Shown here: in pieces, positions 59,885 to 64,000 of the stretch
Numbering within the stretch: position 1 is the stretch's first letter
Layout: each line of letters starts with the position of its first letter
DNA from: Azolla caroliniana
Taxonomy: Eukaryota; Plantae; Polypodiophyta
DNA: 64,000 nt
NCBI GenBank assembly: GCA_043228905.1
Contig: JBHGNT010000021.1
Coordinates: 5,394,001-5,458,000, forward strand
Reading direction: 5' to 3'
Made by a program: the position numbers and the translations under genes
Notes under the pieces: model-generated
The model's database searches: none
What the model saw: the letters and a program-made list of their open reading frames with translations, nothing else
What the model was told of the DNA's origin: nothing

Positions 59885-61126
59885 CATTTGGGGAGAGGCA
59901 AAGTAGGGGCACTTGGCTTCCGGTTCGAATGGTGGCGGAGGTCGATAACATTTGGAAGACAGACCCAGATGTTACTAAGGTGGAACCCCATTGGAAGTTA
60001 TGGGTATATGGTTCTCGTCCCCTCGTTGACCTAGAATGGGACCTAGGGGATTTCAGGTGGAAACATGGTGACAAACTCTGCCACTTCTTTGAATATAACA
60101 CTAAATTGGGGCGGACTTTACAACTGCAACTTGATGGTCCCATTCGTAACGGATGGTGAACATTGGGCATCCCTGACAAGGTGCTCATTACCTTTTGGAA
60201 GGGTCTCTGGCGTCTCCACATGCCTGAAAAAATCAAGCTCTTTTGGTGGCAGATTGTTCACAATGTGATTCCTGTTGGGGAATGGCTTGGTAAAAGGGGC
60301 GGCCCGATAGGTTGCCCACTTTGCTCTTCACCCATTGAGTCTCTGAGACACTGTCTTTGGGATTGCCCTCAAGCTCAAAAGGTATGGGACAGAGTCACTC
60401 GCCTCCTTGCGGCATGTGAAGTGGTTGGAACAACCTCGTGGAGTGATGCCGCATGGATTGACCACTCGACTGATAGGTGGACGAACGTCTTTAATGTAGA
60501 TACTTGGTGCTATGTATGCATGGGAGGCCAAATTGGCAAGTTCCGCTTCGAGAGAGACTTGTTGTCCGCATCCCCTAGGTTCCTGGAAATTTGGAGGTTG
60601 ATCACGGGCTTCACCTTATGGTATGTCTGGAAAGCACGATGCTTAAAGGTTTTCCAAGATCGGGTACAACCCCCAGAGGAAGTGATCATGGATATCTGGT
60701 TCGCGCTTATCAGCTGCCTACGAGGGCAATTAGATGAGGTTTGCAACCACTCCAATGACGTGGCCACTGCCCGGTTGCGCTTTTGGTAGAAATGGCGGAA
60801 CACGCCTCTGGTGACGCTAGGAGAAAGTGGACCAAGGTGGAACTACCGGCCCCCACAATGGTTGTTTCCTTCTTTCACGCCTCCCTCCCTTCGATGTAGG
60901 CCCCGGGAGTCGGCTCATTCTGGCCGACACTAAAGGCCACTGCTTTTAGGTATAGGTATCTACTTACTTTAGGTAGTCGGTTTGAAAAACTATGTAAGTA
61001 GTCTCATTTTCTTGATCTTGATCTGAGGGAGATTCCCCGTTTTGTGTATAAGCTTCCTTGTATAGTCTCCTTGTAATAATCCTTCCTAACTAATGGGAAA
61101 GTAGCTTTATTTTGGAAAAAAAAAAA
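59885..61126 (+). mobile_element. 5'-truncated L1-type LINE: zf-RVT region, 3' UTR and poly(A)
   Basis: FWKGLWRLHMPEKIKLFWWQIVH...CPLCSSPIESLRHCLWDCPQAQKVW, LWYVWKARC, and an A-run at ~61116-61126. Confidence 0.9.
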
Positions 61127-61459
61127 GTTTATTGTTTTGAAATCCTTCGCTACTAGTTTCTTTAAGATCTAGAAAATTATTAGTTGTCATTTTTCCTTAA
61201 AAATATACAAAGTTACTTTTCGTATTTAGTCAAATTTGGGCATTTTTCAATTTTACCAAATGGTGAAATTTTCAGCTTTTTTATCAAGTTTTCGAGAACA
61301 TGTGATACTGGTAACAAGGTGTTTTGTGAAATGGCCAAAAAAGCCCCAAAATCAGACAGAATATTCCTTATCCTTTCATTTGTACGCGATCCTTCCACTT
61401 GTAAACACGACATGTTTGTTGCTCAAACCTTTACCTATCAATGAGAGTCTCCTTGGCAT

Positions 61460-64000
61460 TGTCACGGACACACCAACCGCGGACTAAGACGGAGCACGGA
61501 TGATGAGGCTACGATGGAGCGATGACGGAATGACACAAGAGCATATAGATAGAGATGAAGATTAAGGAGAGAAGATGGGCGAAACGAGAATACTAGATTG
61601 ATATGTCCATGACTGGCGTTGTTCACCTTGAATTCCTTCAAGGTGAACTCAACTATTTATACTAAGTGGCATGCATACCTGTTGCACGCATGTGATACAA
61701 TAGATCATGTAGGTAGTAGGTACGCATGCATGTGCCAAGTGTTAATAATACAAGGGAGAAATTATGCACATGATTCTAGCTAAAACCTACAATGAGGAAG
61801 TATATACATGATTATATACTAGATGTGTGGTTAACACATAACACTCGATTATAACATGGTTATGTCAAGAGTTCAAATCTTGACATTATCCCCCCTCCAA
61901 CGATGCCTTCCCAAATCGTTTGTCGGCTTAAGGGGAACTTGTTGATGAAAATCTTAGATCACCTCCCAAGTATTTTGTAAATCGTAGACAAGGAGTAACC
62001 CTTCCACAAGACGAGGTATTTAACACCAACGGGCATAAGCGTAGAGAGTCGTCCTTCTTCTTCACAAATAAAATGGGGGCCCCGGCTGGTGACTTAGAAG
62101 GTTGAATAAATCCTTTCTCGAGGTTCTCATCGAGATACACATGAAGGGCCTTCGACTCTGGTGTAGACAACGCATATAGAGGACCAAAGGGTGGACACGC
62201 ACCTTCTTGAAGATCAATTGGACAGTCGTAGAGCCGGTGTTCAGGCAAACGATCAGCATTACATTTTTCAAATACGTCGAAGAAGTGTTGGTATTTTTCA
62301 GGAATAACATGGAGTGTGTTAGAAATGGCGCCACAAACAAACCTATCCTGGACCGATGATGGGGTAGTCAATTCGGAGTCGACCGTCTCTGAAGGATAGG
62401 AAACTGAATTTACCTTTATACTTTTGCACGAGCATCTTGGCTTGCTAAATGTGATCGAGCGGTTGCACCAATCCACTATTGGATTGTGTGCCTCCAACCA
62501 CGTTAGTCCTAAGACGATCGGATGTCAAGGAGATGCGATGAGGTAAAAGGCGAGCTCCTCCTGGTGTGAGCCCACCCGAAGCCCTAATGGGATTGTAGCT
62601 TGAGTAATTGCACCTGATGAGAGGACGCACCCGTCGATGGCGTCAACTGGAATGGGTTTTGAGAGGCCAACAACAGGTACGCCATGTGCTTGGGCAAACG
62701 TGACGTCGATGAAGCAAGAAGATGCCCCAAAATCAAGTAAAGCAACCGACTGAATGGAACTAGAGTTAAACGAAAGCCATACCTCCAATGTGAAATTGCC
62801 TGATGGTCCGGCAATGGAACCAAGAGAATGTGGGTGACGAGAGATGTCCAGTTGCATGGCTCCTACTGCAACCGAACGATGTCGTTTTCCGAATGTTGGG
62901 GTCCGTTAGCTCGATGGAATTGTGGGCGAGTACTCCTAGGACAATGGCGAACGACATGACCGGAGGCGCCACAATACATGCACAAGCCATTAGCTTGCCG
63001 AAATTGTCATTCAGCATCAGTCAATGGCCGAAATCAGGATTGATCAATTTCCATGGGGATAGGAGCATTTGCCAAAGTAGGCGAGTGTGAGGATGCCTGG
63101 GGTTGTATGACCGGGGCGTGGCGTGGAAGTGAATGAGGTGGAACCCAAGTCCGGCGCTCTTCTTGGCGAAATTCGAAAAGATGATTGTCACAATGGACTA
63201 CTTGTGAAATTGCTTTGGATAACGAGGTGGGCTCCGGAAAGTTTAAGAGAAGATTCTTGACATTGTTTCGAAGGCCGCGCCGAAAGTGATCAGCTAAAGC
63301 ATGATCATACCAATTGACGTCGCATGCTAGTTGTCGAAATTTGGAAGCATAGACCGAAGCCGCACGCGAACCTTGTTCGAGTGCATAAATCTTGTTAAGA
63401 GATGTATGTCGTCGGTCCGTCTCTCCAAATGTGGCCTCTAACTCGGCGAGGAAGGCGGGAAAGTCCTCCAATAGAGGTGACGAGGTTTCTACCAATGGTG
63501 CAAACCAAGCTTGGGCCGGACCGGAGAGAAGGGTGCCCACAAGGCCGACTTGTCGAAGACCATCTCCATAACGTTGAGGTTGTAGCCGAATGATAAGTCG
63601 AACTTGGTTGATGAACCCTCGGAAACGCGACCTCGTTCCATCAAATTTTTCTGGGAGGCTAACCTTAGGCTCAAGAAACTGTGACGAAGCTAGGCTAGAT
63701 GTTGGTAGAAGATCGGGCTCTAGGCTAGGTTGTTGTGGGAGACTAGGGTTTAGGGGTTGTGAGGACAGGGAGGTACCGACTTGAAGTTCTTGTAAAGAAT
63801 TTCGAAAAGCTTCATTTTCAAGTTGTAATTGTCGTAAGGCTACCATTATTTGGCCTAACTCACTAGTTGAGTCGGACATCGCTATGGCTTATGAGAGGGA
63901 GAGCTATGAGGATGGGAAGGTGAACAAACTGTCACGGATCATAAGCTCAAGAGACAAACAAGAAGATAACCAAATGGACAAAAAAAGAAGATAGTATTAA
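61460..64000 (-). mobile_element. Internally deleted Tcn1/sushi-like chromovirus (Ty3/Gypsy)
   Basis: 3' LTR 61460-61885 (TGTCA...TGACA) with PPT at 61886-61897. Gag 63879-63034 (EPKVSLPEKFDGTRSRFRGF), zinc knuckle LCMYCGASGHVVRHC, protease ALLDFGASSCFID, and RT start SKSPAGAPILFVKKKDDSLRLC fused to chromodomain VKYLVLWKGYS. The 5' LTR edge TGTCACGGA is at 63930. Confidence 0.9.

Overview
AT-rich, intron-containing plant nuclear DNA, most consistent with a non-seed plant such as a fern (inferred from Tcn1-like chromovirus and LINE types; not provable here). It holds five host genes: a single-exon GT8 galacturonosyltransferase-like gene (-), ESF2/ABT1 (-), a JASON-like gene (-), GPI8/PIG-K (+) and the plastid acetyltransferase NSI/GNAT2 (+). 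Between them are many TE relics (Athila/Tat-like and Tcn1-like Gypsy, Copia, solo LTRs, LINE 3' ends). The top finding is a decayed bacterial/phage-type beta-class amino-DNA-methyltransferase gene at ~56.7-57.7 kb (-). It has a DIPY catalytic motif, and a 90-nt GT-AG intron splits its FxGxG motif; removing the intron restores the frame exactly. It lies next to a palindromic repeat array and a divergent TE-like ORF relic. Other findings: an 18-bp-TSD retro-insertion carrying ECM29 fragments, a Tf1-type self-priming site and a -1 frameshift signal in the chromovirus, a young RT-less Copia element, a 34-bp palindromic array upstream of the JASON-like gene, and a 30-bp hairpin. All calls come from manual reading and recalled motifs; no database searches were run.
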